From the NCBI GenBank assembly GCA_050950825.1, contig JBMNIH010000004.1:32001-96000 (forward strand): a DNA stretch of 64,000 bases, written 5' to 3'. This stretch comes from Clostridia bacterium (lineage in GTDB: Bacteria > Bacillota > Clostridia > JAAYHZ01). Numbering within the stretch: the stretch's first letter is position 1; every line of letters begins with the position of its first letter. Below, in pieces: positions 19,819 to 30,436 of this stretch. The notes under the pieces were generated by a model, which was not told the origin of the DNA, searched no databases, and saw only the letters and a list, made by a program, of their open reading frames with translations. The translations under genes were made by a program, and so were the position numbers.

Positions 19819-20430
19819 GTGAATATGAATATCGAGATTAAAAAATTGTCACCCGAGCTTACGGAAGATTATGTGCGCTTTTTTGATGTGACACCCCATT
19901 CCGAAAAACCGGATGCCGATGAATACAAATGCTATTGCGTATGGTGGTGCAGTGAAGACCATGATGTAAAAAATATCGATTATTTGTTATCGAAAGAAAA
20001 AAGAAGAAATTATGCAATACAAAAAATAAAGGAGAATAAAATACAAGGTTACCTTGCATATCACGAAGGCAAGGTTGTAGGATGGTGCAATGCCAATGCG
20101 AAGGCGGATTGCCTACAATGCTACTGCTGGCGGCGATTTATGAATAGCGTATCTACCGAAGAGCTTGCCATGGGTATCCGTGTAAAATCCGTATTCTGCT
20201 TTTTGATTGCCCCGGAGTATCGAAGAAAAGGAATCACAAAGCTATTATTGGACCGTGTCTGTCAAGATGCGGTAAAAGACGGCTTCGATTATATCGAGGC
20301 TTATCCTCAAAAAGAGTTTATTAATGAAGCCAAGGATTTTACGGGCCCTGTCCAATTGTTTATGAAAAACGGTTTCACCGTACACGGGGAAACGGAAGAC
20401 AAATACGTTATGAGAAAATCGTTAAAATGA
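19819..20430 (+). CDS. GNAT family N-acetyltransferase
   Basis: CYCVWW, VVGWCN, CFLIAPEYRRKGI and EAYP motifs. Confidence 0.88.
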   Translation: MNMNIEIKKLSPELTEDYVRFFDVTPHSEKPDADEYKCYCVWWCSEDHDVKNIDYLLSKEKRRNYAIQKIKENKIQGYLAYHEGKVVGWCNANAKADCLQCYCWRRFMNSVSTEELAMGIRVKSVFCFLIAPEYRRKGITKLLLDRVCQDAVKDGFDYIEAYPQKEFINEAKDFTGPVQLFMKNGFTVHGETEDKYVMRKSLK

Positions 20431-20503
20431 AAGGCTTTTTACGGCATTACGAGAACAGGCTGCAAAAATATGAGACGGATTTTACAAGGATAATCGGATC
20501 GAA

Positions 20504-21124
20504 TTAACGATCGTGCAGCAAAGCTTCAATTTGCTTCTTCGTTTTTTTATCGAGTATATCGCCGAATAGAGCGTTGGAAATAAAGGTTTCCGTTTCTTTC
20601 GTCCTATGCTCTTGCCGGATAATCAACAATACATTCAAAATGTCGGTCAGTATGGATTTTCGCATGGTTTCTTTAACCGCCGTGATGTCGTAGGAAATGA
20701 GCTTTGATGATATTTTTTCACAGAGGCTCGGTTTAACGGCTGCAATTTTTCCTAACGATTGAATACATTGACGCACGGTGATGGGCTTCGGATCGTAAAG
20801 ACATGCCATGAAATCATCAATGACATTTTCCATTTTGTTTTTCATATCCCATTTTACGTTTTCCGCAATCAACATAAGCCCTATGCTTCGTTGATAGGAA
20901 TTTTCGCTTTTTAATTTTTCATGAAAAAGCTCCCAAAAAGGATAAACATCATCGTACAAAGCCGATCGGCTCTGCAAAAGAAGAAATGCTTGGTAGCGAA
21001 TTTGATCATCCTTTAATGACAACCGGTCTACAAGCCGGGTAATATCGTCTTTCGTAAGTTCTTTACAAGCCTCGTGCAAATAGCTTTTCGGAATGGACAT
21101 GATACTTTCGATATCATTCAACAT
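20504..21124 (-). CDS. HEAT/ARM-repeat-like hypothetical protein
   Basis: Helical repeats (LKSENSYQRSIG, LYDPKPITVRQCIQSL). ATG 21124 follows GGAGG. Confidence 0.6.
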   Translation of the reverse strand: MLNDIESIMSIPKSYLHEACKELTKDDITRLVDRLSLKDDQIRYQAFLLLQSRSALYDDVYPFWELFHEKLKSENSYQRSIGLMLIAENVKWDMKNKMENVIDDFMACLYDPKPITVRQCIQSLGKIAAVKPSLCEKISSKLISYDITAVKETMRKSILTDILNVLLIIRQEHRTKETETFISNALFGDILDKKTKKQIEALLHDR

Positions 21125-21297
21125 CAATTTATCCTCCGGATTAATATAATCATAGAATGACACTTTTAAAGTATTTTGGCAAGTAGAAGATCTTTATGAT
21201 CTTTTAGCTTTATGGTAATAATTGCAGATAAACTGTATAATAATATTGTCTTTCATATCTTTTATCGGAGGAACAATATTTTAGAGTAGAATTTGTT

Positions 21298-21981
21298 ATG
21301 GATAAAACGGATACGATCAAATCAACGTCAAAATTATCGATTACCTATCTTGTCATAGCCGTCTGCTGTACATTTGTTACCGTATTCGGTTTGCAGCTTT
21401 TTAATCGCCATTTGTTAATGTCCTATTCTTTGCCGATGCGTATGATTCTTATGATTATCACCCGATGGCTTTTAATTCTCGGACCGGGGATATTAATGGT
21501 TGTAAATAAAGAAAAGCTCGGCGATATCGGCTTTCAAAAAGATAAAATTCTAAAACAAATCGGCGTCGGTATATACCTAGCCTTTGCCATGTCCCTTGTT
21601 TTAACCGTTCTGCCGATTCTACTTGGGTTTAAGGATATGACGGGAAGTACAACATATACAAAGGCGTGGCAATTTACTTATCAATTCGTATATGACATCA
21701 TCGGAGTTGCGTTGACGGAAGAATTTATTTTTCGCGGTTACATATTTAAGAAATTGTTGGAGATAAGAAATTCGCGAAGATTTGCCATCCTCATATCGTC
21801 TCTTTTATTCGGACTGTTTCACATATTTAACGGCAATCTTATTCAAGTTTTCATGACCGCTTTTCTCGGTTTCCTGTTCTGCATGCTTCGAGAAAAAATC
21901 AAAGGCTGTACCTTGCTTTCGTTGATAATCGCCCACGGCATATACGATGCCTTGATAGTATTATGGGTTTCCATTTTATGA
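21298..21981 (+). CDS. CPBP (CAAX/Abi) family intramembrane metalloprotease
   Basis: EEFIFRG, FGLFH and AHGIYD motifs. Confidence 0.9.
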   Translation: MDKTDTIKSTSKLSITYLVIAVCCTFVTVFGLQLFNRHLLMSYSLPMRMILMIITRWLLILGPGILMVVNKEKLGDIGFQKDKILKQIGVGIYLAFAMSLVLTVLPILLGFKDMTGSTTYTKAWQFTYQFVYDIIGVALTEEFIFRGYIFKKLLEIRNSRRFAILISSLLFGLFHIFNGNLIQVFMTAFLGFLFCMLREKIKGCTLLSLIIAHGIYDALIVLWVSIL

Positions 21982-22045
21982 TGTTTAGGAGTATCAATCT
22001 GTGATAAAATTTCGGTGAAGTAAAAAATCAAGGAATCATAATAAA

Positions 22046-22462
22046 ATGGATTGGAAGACAATATACGAAGAAATAGCTAAAAGACACGATTACATCAAGC
22101 CCAACCCTCCGGCTACGGAGGAACGGATTCGAAAAGCGGAAAAGACATTAGGCTGTAAGCTGCCCCGTGACTTAAAAGAGCTTTTGCTTTTTATGAACGG
22201 GGATAATTGGTTTCTATTTTCAACGGAGCAAATGATCGAGGTCAATTTATCCGCTCGAGAGCAGGATTGCTTTATGCCTTTGGATTGCTTTTTGTTTTTT
22301 GCAGGCAACGGCTGCGGCGATTATTACGGTTTTCCGATTACAAAGCAAGACGGTGTGCGCGAAGATCTTGTATATCTTTGGGACCATGAATATGACAATC
22401 GCATATGGAAAGCCGACGGCTTGAAAGATGCCATAGAGAAGTACTACAACGACGAGATATAA
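22046..22462 (+). CDS. SMI1/KNR4 (SUKH) family protein
   Basis: PATEERIRKAEKTLGCKLPRDLKELLLFMNG, FAGNGCGDYY and VYLWDHE. Confidence 0.85.
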   Translation: MDWKTIYEEIAKRHDYIKPNPPATEERIRKAEKTLGCKLPRDLKELLLFMNGDNWFLFSTEQMIEVNLSAREQDCFMPLDCFLFFAGNGCGDYYGFPITKQDGVREDLVYLWDHEYDNRIWKADGLKDAIEKYYNDEI

Positions 22463-22717
22463 ACGAAGGATTTATCTGCGGAGTCTGAATCGAGCTGAGA
22501 TTTTTGTTTATATGCAGATGTTACGGACCCTTTTTACGGTCGAACAAACTTTTTTTGGAATCTTTTTTTCTCCAAGTACTTGATTCATTACTATAGTCTT
22601 ATGATATGACGAAGTTATTATTCTTACTTATAAACCACATTAGTATAACTGCTTTGTTTATTATGTTGTATAATGCTATATTATTGGCATTAAGTTAATG
22701 CAAGGAGGAAAAAATGC

Positions 22718-23860
22718 ATGGATTGGAGTAATCTTGTACCGTTTATACTGGCGGTCGTGGCTGTAATCATTAACGGCGTACCTCAGCTGCTTTATGCTCA
22801 GGCTCGAGGCTTTGCTTTAAAGCCTGCCGGTTTCGCCTTTTTAATCGGAGGGATTGGGAACCTGCTTACCGGTTCGGTAACACCGATTTCCGCTCAAGCG
22901 GAAACCATTACCGTAGCCAGCGTTAAGAAGAATGTTAGAGATAATGTAAGTTCGATTCTTCTTGCCGCGGTGTTAATGATTGTTATTGCCGGTTTCGGTG
23001 GGGTCAATAAAATCTCGGATTTTGCAGGTGTAGCGATCGTATCCGGTATGATGAGCGGTGTAGGTCTGATTTTAGCCGGTGTTTCGTTGGACATGTTCAA
23101 TCAGGAAAGACGCGTTACGCTCGTTTCGATTGTTGCGGCGATTGCGACCTATGCCATTTTCTTTAACAACCCCAACAAGGTCGTTTGGACGATCTTTATC
23201 TCGGTTGTCGTGTCTACCGCCGACTTTTTGTTTTTGCAAAAACGCAGAGTCGATGTATCCGCTTCCGTTGAAGAAGGACGGGAATTTCTGGAGATGAGCA
23301 GCGAATGGCGTTTTTGGAAAAAAGAGTACTGGAGCGACTTTAAAATTATCAAACCGAGAATCAATGCAACGGTTATTTTAGGCGCTTTAAGCTTGGTTAT
23401 GCTCAACATCGGTGCCAACATTTCTTTTGGCGGTATTACCGCAAGCATCGCCGGTACCACACAAAACTTTGACTATCTTTCCGCCATCAATTCTTTGGCC
23501 GATTTCCCCAGCGCTTTGTTTGGAGGCCCGCCCATTGAAGCGATCATATCCGGAACTGCCGGTGCTCCGTGGCCTGTTGCCTGCGGTATCGTCTTCATGT
23601 TTGCCATGGGTATTTTGATTTTATTAGGAGTAATCGGACGGTTAGGTAAATATTTGCCCAGCCAAAGCATCGCCGGTTTCTTGCTTGTAATCGGTTTTGC
23701 TCTCACCTTTGCTCCGAATCTGAGCGCAGTAGCAAACTCCGACAACCCCATGAGCGGTTACATTGCCCTTGGCGTAACGGCTTGGTCTAAAAACCCCTTC
23801 ATTGGCATGGTGGTCGGTATTTTGGTTCGCTATTTCGGTATGTACGTCGGTCTGGTATAA
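22718..23860 (+). CDS. NCS2-like (xanthine/uracil/purine) permease
   Basis: Very hydrophobic, with PISAQAET and FGGPPIEAIISGT motifs. Co-oriented with a PRTase. Confidence 0.7.
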   Translation: MDWSNLVPFILAVVAVIINGVPQLLYAQARGFALKPAGFAFLIGGIGNLLTGSVTPISAQAETITVASVKKNVRDNVSSILLAAVLMIVIAGFGGVNKISDFAGVAIVSGMMSGVGLILAGVSLDMFNQERRVTLVSIVAAIATYAIFFNNPNKVVWTIFISVVVSTADFLFLQKRRVDVSASVEEGREFLEMSSEWRFWKKEYWSDFKIIKPRINATVILGALSLVMLNIGANISFGGITASIAGTTQNFDYLSAINSLADFPSALFGGPPIEAIISGTAGAPWPVACGIVFMFAMGILILLGVIGRLGKYLPSQSIAGFLLVIGFALTFAPNLSAVANSDNPMSGYIALGVTAWSKNPFIGMVVGILVRYFGMYVGLV

Positions 23861-23900
23861 TAGGAAGCATGCAATGAATCTTAAGGAAGGAATGAAAAAT

Positions 23901-24485
23901 ATGCAAAATTCAAAATGGCCTTCTGTCTGGAAGGTACACATAGACGATGAACTTGTAATCGATTTGCCTTTGGTGGAGATAGGCAACGGTTTTTATATTT
24001 ATTCCTTTGATATGACCGGTGAGACAAAATGGAACAGGCATGCTGCAAAGGCGTTAACCAAAAAGCTGGCGGATTATGAGTACGACGGCTTTGTTACGGT
24101 ACAAACCAAATCCTCGGGTCTTTGCCAAGAGCTGGCTCGCGATATGGATTCTTATCTTGAACTGCGCAAATCCCGTAAATCCTTTATGAAGGATCCCAAG
24201 CATGTGGTATACGAATCCATCACAACCCAAGGGAAGCAAGAGCTGTGGGTCGGCAAAGAAAAATACGAACGGTTCCAAGGCAAAAAGCTTTGCTTCGTCG
24301 ATGACGTGGTGTCAACCGGTGGTACCGTGGATGCGGCCATGAGCATGGCAAAAGAAATCGGTTTTGAAATCTCCGTGATTGCATGTGTATTGACAGAAGG
24401 GGAGGAACGTACTCATTACAAGGGGATTCCTCTGATTTCACTGGGCAACATTCCTTTACCCGGTGTGATCGCGGATAACGAATAA
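23901..24485 (+). CDS. Type I phosphoribosyltransferase (adenine PRT-like)
   Basis: PRPP-binding motif FVDDVVSTGGT, plus RK.RK and SITT.G.Q. ATG 23901 follows AAGGAAGG. Confidence 0.85.
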   Translation: MQNSKWPSVWKVHIDDELVIDLPLVEIGNGFYIYSFDMTGETKWNRHAAKALTKKLADYEYDGFVTVQTKSSGLCQELARDMDSYLELRKSRKSFMKDPKHVVYESITTQGKQELWVGKEKYERFQGKKLCFVDDVVSTGGTVDAAMSMAKEIGFEISVIACVLTEGEERTHYKGIPLISLGNIPLPGVIADNE

Positions 24486-24528
24486 GTCTATGAATAAGCG
24501 AGGTATGCTTTAAATAGAGAAGTTTCTA

Positions 24529-24576
24529 GAAAAAGCCGGAAAAAAATGATGATGTTCATTCTTTTCCGGCTTTTTC
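24529..24576. terminator. Bidirectional terminator between convergent PRTase and GH36 genes
   Basis: IR gaaaaagccggaaaa…ttttccggctttttc. Confidence 0.7.
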
Positions 24577-24599
24577 GTTGCTTTTCAATCAAAGAAACA

Positions 24600-26462
24600 T
24601 TAATCCTCCGCATGAAGCTCCGTCAACTCGCACTTCATGCTTTCGTACGTGTTCAATTTGATTCCGTATTTATCCAAGTCCACCCCGCTTATTTTTTCTC
24701 CGTTCAGCACATAGGTCTTGCCGGGATCCGTAACCGGATACAATACCGTATATTCTTGAGTCGAATACCGGATGAAGGTGAGAATTTTCAGCACCGATAA
24801 ATCGGAATCGGCGAATTGAAAGGAAGTTATCGTATCGGTGTCCGATAGGATTCGACATTCCGCATTCATGTAAAACGCTCTTTCGTTCTTGTATCGAGCG
24901 ATATGATTTTTCAATAATTCTAGAGCGGCAGGGGAGAGCTTTGTCAGATCGCAGCTGATTCCCAAAGGACTTGCGCTCAAAAAACCGGTCAGCCACGAGG
25001 GTCTTACGCTGCCGATACGGTCCCATACGGCATCGTGGGTTGTCAGAATTTTTTCGGTTGTACCGCCTCCGTAATGGGGAGTGAAATCCGTAAGGGAACG
25101 TATAACCGCCCATTTTTCGATCCATTGAGGGGGCATCCTCAGCAGGGTATCTCGGAAAATGCGTATTCCTTCGTACGCACATTGGTTATCGGAAAGCCAG
25201 AAGCTGTCAAAAAGAAGCCCGTTGGCAAGCTCCATTCGCATACCGCCGGAGGCACAATTCGTAAGATAAAGATCGGGGTGACGTTTTTTCAGTTCACGGA
25301 TAAATTCGATATAGCCTTTATAATACCCGATAAATGCTTGAGAATCGGTATCGTCAAAAATATTCGCGTTAAAATCGAACTTGATGTAATCAATGGAATA
25401 GCGCCGGATCCTGTCGTCAAGAAGGTCCAATATATAGTTCGTTGCCTTCGGATTGGCGAAATTCACGAAGTATTGGCCGCGGTAGGGGATATAGTAATCG
25501 GGGTGAAGCTTTACCGATTCGGAATCCGCTACGGCTCTTTCGATCTCAAACCAAAGCCCGAACTTCATGCCCATTTCGTGGACCTTTTCGGAGAATTCCT
25601 TCATGCGCCCTGCAAAGGCTCCGTTTTGGTTTTCTTTCCAATCTCCGACGCATGCCCACCATCTTCCTACCTCTCCGTACCAGCCTGCATCCACAATGAA
25701 ATATTCGACGCCGATCTGCGATGCTAAAATCGCCTGTTCAAGGAGAGTATCGTATGTAAATCGGTCAAACGTTGCGAGCCACGTGTTGTATAGAACCGGC
25801 AAGGAACGTCTCGGATATCGCTTGTTCATATATCGATGCAGCTTGTAGCAATCAAGATCCGTCTTATTACGGAATTCATAATAGATGATTTTTGAATATT
25901 CCAAGCTTTCTGCCGGGACAAGCTTTAAAGCAAACGATTTTGCATGAGGTCCCATGACGATTTCCACTTGGCATTTTCCGCCGCCCAAGTCAACCCGCTG
26001 CACGCTCATCATCCATGAATACGTCGCCGGAAGGTGGAATACGATTCCGCGATTGCTTTGGCGATTCCAAACGGCCATCACGGGTGCCGCGCCTACCGCC
26101 GTCCGGACGCTGTCGACCCTTGAATAGACACCCGTTACCAGCGGCTGCCACCCTCCCGCGCTTTCCTTTTGCCAAAGGTTGTACTGTGTATAAATCTCGT
26201 AATCGCCGTCGGGAAGCACGAACTTCGATTTGATCGAGGTCAGCGTAACGAGAGAATCCGACTTGTTGGTGACCGTATCGCGACGAAGGTATACCCCGTT
26301 TTCGTCTGCATCGATTTCGGCCGTCATAACAACGGAATCGGTTCGATAAGTATAATGGATTCCGTCGGCTTTAAACTCTTCTTGACCCGGTATAAAATCG
26401 CCTGCCGTCTCGAATAAATCGGAAGGACCCTGAATTTTAAATACCGGAAGCTGCCTTTTCAT
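24600..26462 (-). CDS. Glycoside hydrolase family 36 alpha-galactosidase
   Basis: YNTW, FIVDAGW, KFGLWFEIE, nucleophile motif YIKFDFN, CASGGMR and acid/base motif WLSDN. Confidence 0.9.
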   Translation of the reverse strand: MKRQLPVFKIQGPSDLFETAGDFIPGQEEFKADGIHYTYRTDSVVMTAEIDADENGVYLRRDTVTNKSDSLVTLTSIKSKFVLPDGDYEIYTQYNLWQKESAGGWQPLVTGVYSRVDSVRTAVGAAPVMAVWNRQSNRGIVFHLPATYSWMMSVQRVDLGGGKCQVEIVMGPHAKSFALKLVPAESLEYSKIIYYEFRNKTDLDCYKLHRYMNKRYPRRSLPVLYNTWLATFDRFTYDTLLEQAILASQIGVEYFIVDAGWYGEVGRWWACVGDWKENQNGAFAGRMKEFSEKVHEMGMKFGLWFEIERAVADSESVKLHPDYYIPYRGQYFVNFANPKATNYILDLLDDRIRRYSIDYIKFDFNANIFDDTDSQAFIGYYKGYIEFIRELKKRHPDLYLTNCASGGMRMELANGLLFDSFWLSDNQCAYEGIRIFRDTLLRMPPQWIEKWAVIRSLTDFTPHYGGGTTEKILTTHDAVWDRIGSVRPSWLTGFLSASPLGISCDLTKLSPAALELLKNHIARYKNERAFYMNAECRILSDTDTITSFQFADSDLSVLKILTFIRYSTQEYTVLYPVTDPGKTYVLNGEKISGVDLDKYGIKLNTYESMKCELTELHAED

Positions 26463-26599
26463 ATCTATCACCCGCCTTTAATAAATTCGTTAAAAATTGC
26501 TATTTTTAGTAACCGTGCTCGCTTTGATTATAACAAAGAGTGTATCAATCGTAAATAATACCGTTTATTCATGGCCTTACGATTGGCTTGCGAAATTGC

Positions 26600-26628
26600 T
26601 TGACTGTAAAGCGAATCGTTCATACAAT
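26600..26628 (+). promoter_or_regulatory. sigmaA promoter
   Basis: TTGACT-N17-TACAAT upstream of the radical SAM gene. Confidence 0.6.
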
Positions 26629-26683
26629 GAAGACCGACAAAGGTACGTAGGATCTTAAGAAAGTCATGAAACGAGGACGGAGG

Positions 26684-27586
26684 ATGGATTTTTCAATTTT
26701 AAAGAATTGCACTTTATGCCCGAGGGAATGCCGGACAGACAGAACGGCGGGAAAATTAGGGTATTGCAGGGCTTCCGATCAATTAAAGGTGGCAAGGGCG
26801 GCACTTCATATGTGGGAGGAGCCTTGCATATCCGGTGAAGAAGGCTCCGGTACGGTATTTTTCACAGGCTGCGCTTTGGGTTGTGTGTATTGCCAAAACC
26901 GCCAAATATCGAAGGGCTCGGCAGGAAAGGTCATTACGATCGAAAGGCTTGCGGATATTTTCTTGGAGCTACAAAAAATGGGCGCGAACAATATCAATCT
27001 GGTCACTCCGAGTCACTATGTCCTTCATATTATTGAAGCCTTGGATATTTCGAAAAGAAAAGGACTTACGCTGCCCGTCGTATACAATTGCAGCGGATAC
27101 GAGAAAACGGAAACCCTCAAGCTTCTTGAAGGATATGTGGATATTTACTTGCCCGATTTCAAATACATGTCGGAGGAGCCGGCTATAAAGTATTCGAATT
27201 GCAAAAACTATTTTCCGATAGCGGCAAAGGCCGTCGAGGAAATGGTCCGACAGGTAAGCGAAACACAATTCGATGACCGAGGCATCATGCAAAAAGGGGT
27301 CATCGTAAGGCATTTGACGCTGCCGGGATATCTTGAGGACTCCAAAAGGATTGTAAAATACCTGTACGAGACCTACAAGGACCGAATATTCTTAAGCATC
27401 ATGAACCAATATACCCCGATCGTAAAGAACACCCCGTACCCCGAGCTTAATCGAAGGATAACCGAAGAAGAATACGAGGAGCTTATCGATTATGCCATCG
27501 ATATCGGCGTTGAGAACGGGTTTATCCAAGAAGGGGAAACGGCTTCGGAAAGCTTTATCCCGGATTTTAACGGAGAAGGCGTATAA
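26684..27586 (+). CDS. Radical SAM protein, PflX-like
   Basis: CxxCPRxC N-terminal motif, HMWEEPCISG, CxxxCxxC (CALGCVYCQN), NINLVTP and YLPDFKY. Confidence 0.9.
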   Translation: MDFSILKNCTLCPRECRTDRTAGKLGYCRASDQLKVARAALHMWEEPCISGEEGSGTVFFTGCALGCVYCQNRQISKGSAGKVITIERLADIFLELQKMGANNINLVTPSHYVLHIIEALDISKRKGLTLPVVYNCSGYEKTETLKLLEGYVDIYLPDFKYMSEEPAIKYSNCKNYFPIAAKAVEEMVRQVSETQFDDRGIMQKGVIVRHLTLPGYLEDSKRIVKYLYETYKDRIFLSIMNQYTPIVKNTPYPELNRRITEEEYEELIDYAIDIGVENGFIQEGETASESFIPDFNGEGV

Positions 27587-27610
27587 GCAAAAAGATTTTT
27601 TGTATTTGCC

Positions 27611-27838
27611 TTATTCCTTAAATTCATAGCCTTTTGCCGCAAATGCTTCTTTGATCTTTTCCATGGGTATATTTTTCATGGCGGCACCCTTAGGGATCGT
27701 CATAAAACGCCCTGCGGTTTTCATCATGGCGGGGTTGGTAATGTTCTCAAACCCCAAGTCTCTCATGATATCAACAACCTCGGGATATTCTTTGCATATT
27801 TCAGAAACGCTTTTGGACAAATCGATGGCTTTGCTCAC
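27611..27838 (-). CDS. DUF1858-like small protein
   Basis: IDLSKSVSEICKEYPEVVDIMRDLGF…MT+PKGA pattern; GGAGG RBS upstream. Confidence 0.7.
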   Translation of the reverse strand: MSKAIDLSKSVSEICKEYPEVVDIMRDLGFENITNPAMMKTAGRFMTIPKGAAMKNIPMEKIKEAFAAKGYEFKE

Positions 27839-27920
27839 GGTACCGACCTCCTTTAAAGACGTTCTTTTCTTAAATTATACCAAATCCGGATTGGCCTCGT
27901 AAACCATGCTCCGTATCCCG

Positions 27921-29192
27921 TTAAATCGTCGCTTGGAATATAAACAGGCCGTCTTTTACGGTAAACCGGCAAATACCGCCGTATTTTTCCACGATACAAG
28001 CCATACTTTTCGTGCCGTAGCCGTGACCTTCCTCCTTGGATACGGGAAGCCCTTGGTCGAATACGGGCTCGATCTTGTAGCTGTTTTGGATATCCATACA
28101 AAGCTTGTTATTTTTCGAATACAAGCGAAGATTGATAAGCCGTCTGTCGCTTTCGGCAAAGAGGCTGCATGCATTGATGGCGTTTTCCAATGCATTGGAC
28201 AAAAGCGAGCAAAGCTCCGTCTCGCTAAAAGGCAAGGCTTCGGGAAGCTTGGCATCGATCGAAAGCCGGATATCCGATTGCTTGGCCTTCGCTGCAAAAG
28301 AAGACAGAATCAGATTCACCGTTTCGTTTTCGCAATAGCGAGTCGGCGTGATGGCATCCAAGTCGGCTTGGGCAACCTTTAAGTATTCTTTGATTTCTTC
28401 GATTCGACCTTTTGATGCCAAGCCCTGCAAAAGCGCCAAATGGTGGCGCATATCGTGGCGGTAGGCCGCCGCGTTCTGCTGCATTTGCTTTAAAGATTCA
28501 AACTCCGTCCGAGCTTGTCGAAAACGGGTGTCCAGCATATCCTTTTCTCTTTGGATAGCGGCTTTTCTTTTCATTTCCTCGTAGTAGAGCAGGGCGAAGA
28601 TAAGATAGAAGGATGCCGAAACAAAGGGCATAAATTGAATGGCTACCCGCGATCCCGTGTATAGAAAATCGGTATAAACACCGGAGATGTATTCGAAAAT
28701 ATAATATAAAACAGGCATGGCCCCAAGGAGCAGGCAGGTTTTCTCGGAACGCTCGATTAAGGGACGAAACGATTCAAATACGTATTTGTATAGATAATAA
28801 TAAATGATAAAAGCCGCAATGATGTATGTAATGTGATTCGCGGTAACGCTTTGAGTAAGAGCGTTTGCCACGCTGCCGACCCAGCGGGGAAGCTGGCTGC
28901 AAAGATAAGAAACGGCGATGCACGTTACGGAAAACACCCAAGAACGCTTCATGTAAAAAACGATAAAGAAAACAAGAGGGATGTGAGACAATACGGGATA
29001 AAGCTTTAAAACGTTGTCAAAGCCGAACAGCAGCAAAGCGATGAGTTGTAAAATAAACAAAGCGTTGGTCATAATCCCTATGGCCAAAATGTTTTTCTTC
29101 GTACGCTCCAAGCCTGCAAAACTCACGGCTACGGTTGTTCCGAACAATAGGACAAACCAATAGCGGCAAAACTCGATAATATTGGCAAACAT
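27921..29192 (-). CDS. Membrane sensor histidine kinase, GHKL (AgrC/VirS-like)
   Basis: About 6-7 TM helices, H-box RHDMRHH, N-box NALENAINA and G-box HGYGTKSM. ATG 29192 follows AAGGATG. Confidence 0.9.
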   Translation of the reverse strand: MFANIIEFCRYWFVLLFGTTVAVSFAGLERTKKNILAIGIMTNALFILQLIALLLFGFDNVLKLYPVLSHIPLVFFIVFYMKRSWVFSVTCIAVSYLCSQLPRWVGSVANALTQSVTANHITYIIAAFIIYYYLYKYVFESFRPLIERSEKTCLLLGAMPVLYYIFEYISGVYTDFLYTGSRVAIQFMPFVSASFYLIFALLYYEEMKRKAAIQREKDMLDTRFRQARTEFESLKQMQQNAAAYRHDMRHHLALLQGLASKGRIEEIKEYLKVAQADLDAITPTRYCENETVNLILSSFAAKAKQSDIRLSIDAKLPEALPFSETELCSLLSNALENAINACSLFAESDRRLINLRLYSKNNKLCMDIQNSYKIEPVFDQGLPVSKEEGHGYGTKSMACIVEKYGGICRFTVKDGLFIFQATI

Positions 29193-29235
29193 GAAATCAT
29201 CCTTTCTTGGCGGATGGCCAAAGAAAACCCTTTCT

Positions 29236-29959
29236 TTATTCCTCTTCCATTTGATAAGCCAAATACCGGTGCTTAATTTCTTTCCCTTTGCCTTGGGCAA
29301 CGGGGACCGACCCGCCGGTTTGAAGCGTCACCCTATGATCATCAATGGTATCCACATACTGCATATTGACGATAGGAACGGTGGGTTTTTACGAAATGTC
29401 CGAACTTCATCAAAAGGTCACAAACGGGAGAAAAAGGCTCCGTACATTCGATGACCTTCCCGGAAAGCAAATGGTATAATACTTTTCTTCCGGTGACCTC
29501 GGCAAATACCAAACCGGAAACCAAGATTCTTTGAATTCCGTCGCTGCTCTTGACGACAATGGCATCCTCGTCATTTTTCACCTTTACCTGTTCCAGCATT
29601 TCGTCAAAGGTAATGAAAAATTTCTCCTTGGATATCGGCTTTAATATGTAGTTAAAAGCTTTTACCGAATAGCTTTCCAATGCAAATTCGACGGATGACG
29701 TAAAAAACATGATCGGCGCCGTCTTGTCAAAGGAACGAATCTCCTTTGCGACATCCATGCCCGTAAAGCCCGGCATCAGAATATCCAAGCAATAGATATC
29801 GAACCGTTTGCCTTTTTCCAATGCGGACACCAATTCAAAACCATTTGTGAAGACGGCGTATTCACAGCCCAGATGTCTTTCCGCCCGATACAGGTTTAAG
29901 AGCCGCACCATGGCGGACAGGTCTTCAATATTGTCGTCACAAACCGCGATTTGCAGCAT
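29236..29959 (-). pseudogene. LytTR family response regulator with a frameshift in the DNA-binding domain
   Basis: REC domain (IAVCDD, LDILMP, YILKP). After HRSY the frame shifts: TATC would read TATATC, a 2-bp loss near 29372. The shifted frame reads (I)VNMQYVDTIDDHRVTLQTGGSVPVAQGK…EEE*, ending at 29236. Confidence 0.88.
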
Positions 29960-30027
29960 TTTCTTTCCTCCGTTTTAACAATATACGGTTAATTCAGTTT
30001 AACACGAATGACCGGGTCTGAAAATAT

Positions 30028-30059
30028 GTTTCATGTCAAAAAAAACGTTTTTCATACAA
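30028..30059 (+). promoter_or_regulatory. Candidate LytTR binding direct repeat
   Basis: tttcatgtc (30029) and tttcataca (30050) are 21 bp apart, in the divergent intergenic region. Confidence 0.45.
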
Positions 30060-30221
30060 GAAAATTAACAAACACCCCAAAATTCTATATAACTCTCGAA
30101 GGGAAAGACCGTCTCTTTCCTTTAACACAAAGAACATATGAAGCGTAAAAACGATTGTTATCCGGTGTGATGCTTACGAAACTTATTGATTTACAGCCTG
30201 AGAAGATAAGGAGGAAAACGA

Positions 30222-30408
30222 ATTAAAAACCTTAACTTCCGATATCGTGAACAATCCGAAGCTTTGTTTGGGATATCATGCTTCGAAACAATGAAAAAAC
30301 CGAATGATCATTCGAAAGATTGACTTTTCGGATTTCGATACGGACGATGCGAAGTTAATCCTTTCGGCTACCGAGGGAGAAGACTTTAGGGCATATATAA
30401 ATGAATAA
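30222..30408 (+). pseudogene. Small (~61 aa) ORF with ATT in place of the start and a +1 frameshift
   Basis: AGGAGG then ATT AAA AAC CTT…; removing one A from the A6 run at 30294-30299 gives IKNLNFRYREQSEALFGISCFETMKNRMIIRKIDFSDFDTDDAKLILSATEGEDFRAYINE*. Confidence 0.45.
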
Positions 30409-30436
30409 CTATGATTCGAACCCTGCTGTTCTATAT

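Noticed and set aside
17306-22500. Integron-like cassette array
   Set aside because: No shared attC-like or other repeat in the spacers, and no integrase in the window.
22463-22717. Purine riboswitch or PurR box upstream of the permease
   Set aside because: No aptamer consensus; only a single weak CGAAC motif.
29960-30220. AgrD-like cyclic peptide gene next to the LytTR/GHKL pair
   Set aside because: No short ORF with an AgrD-type motif and no agrB was found.
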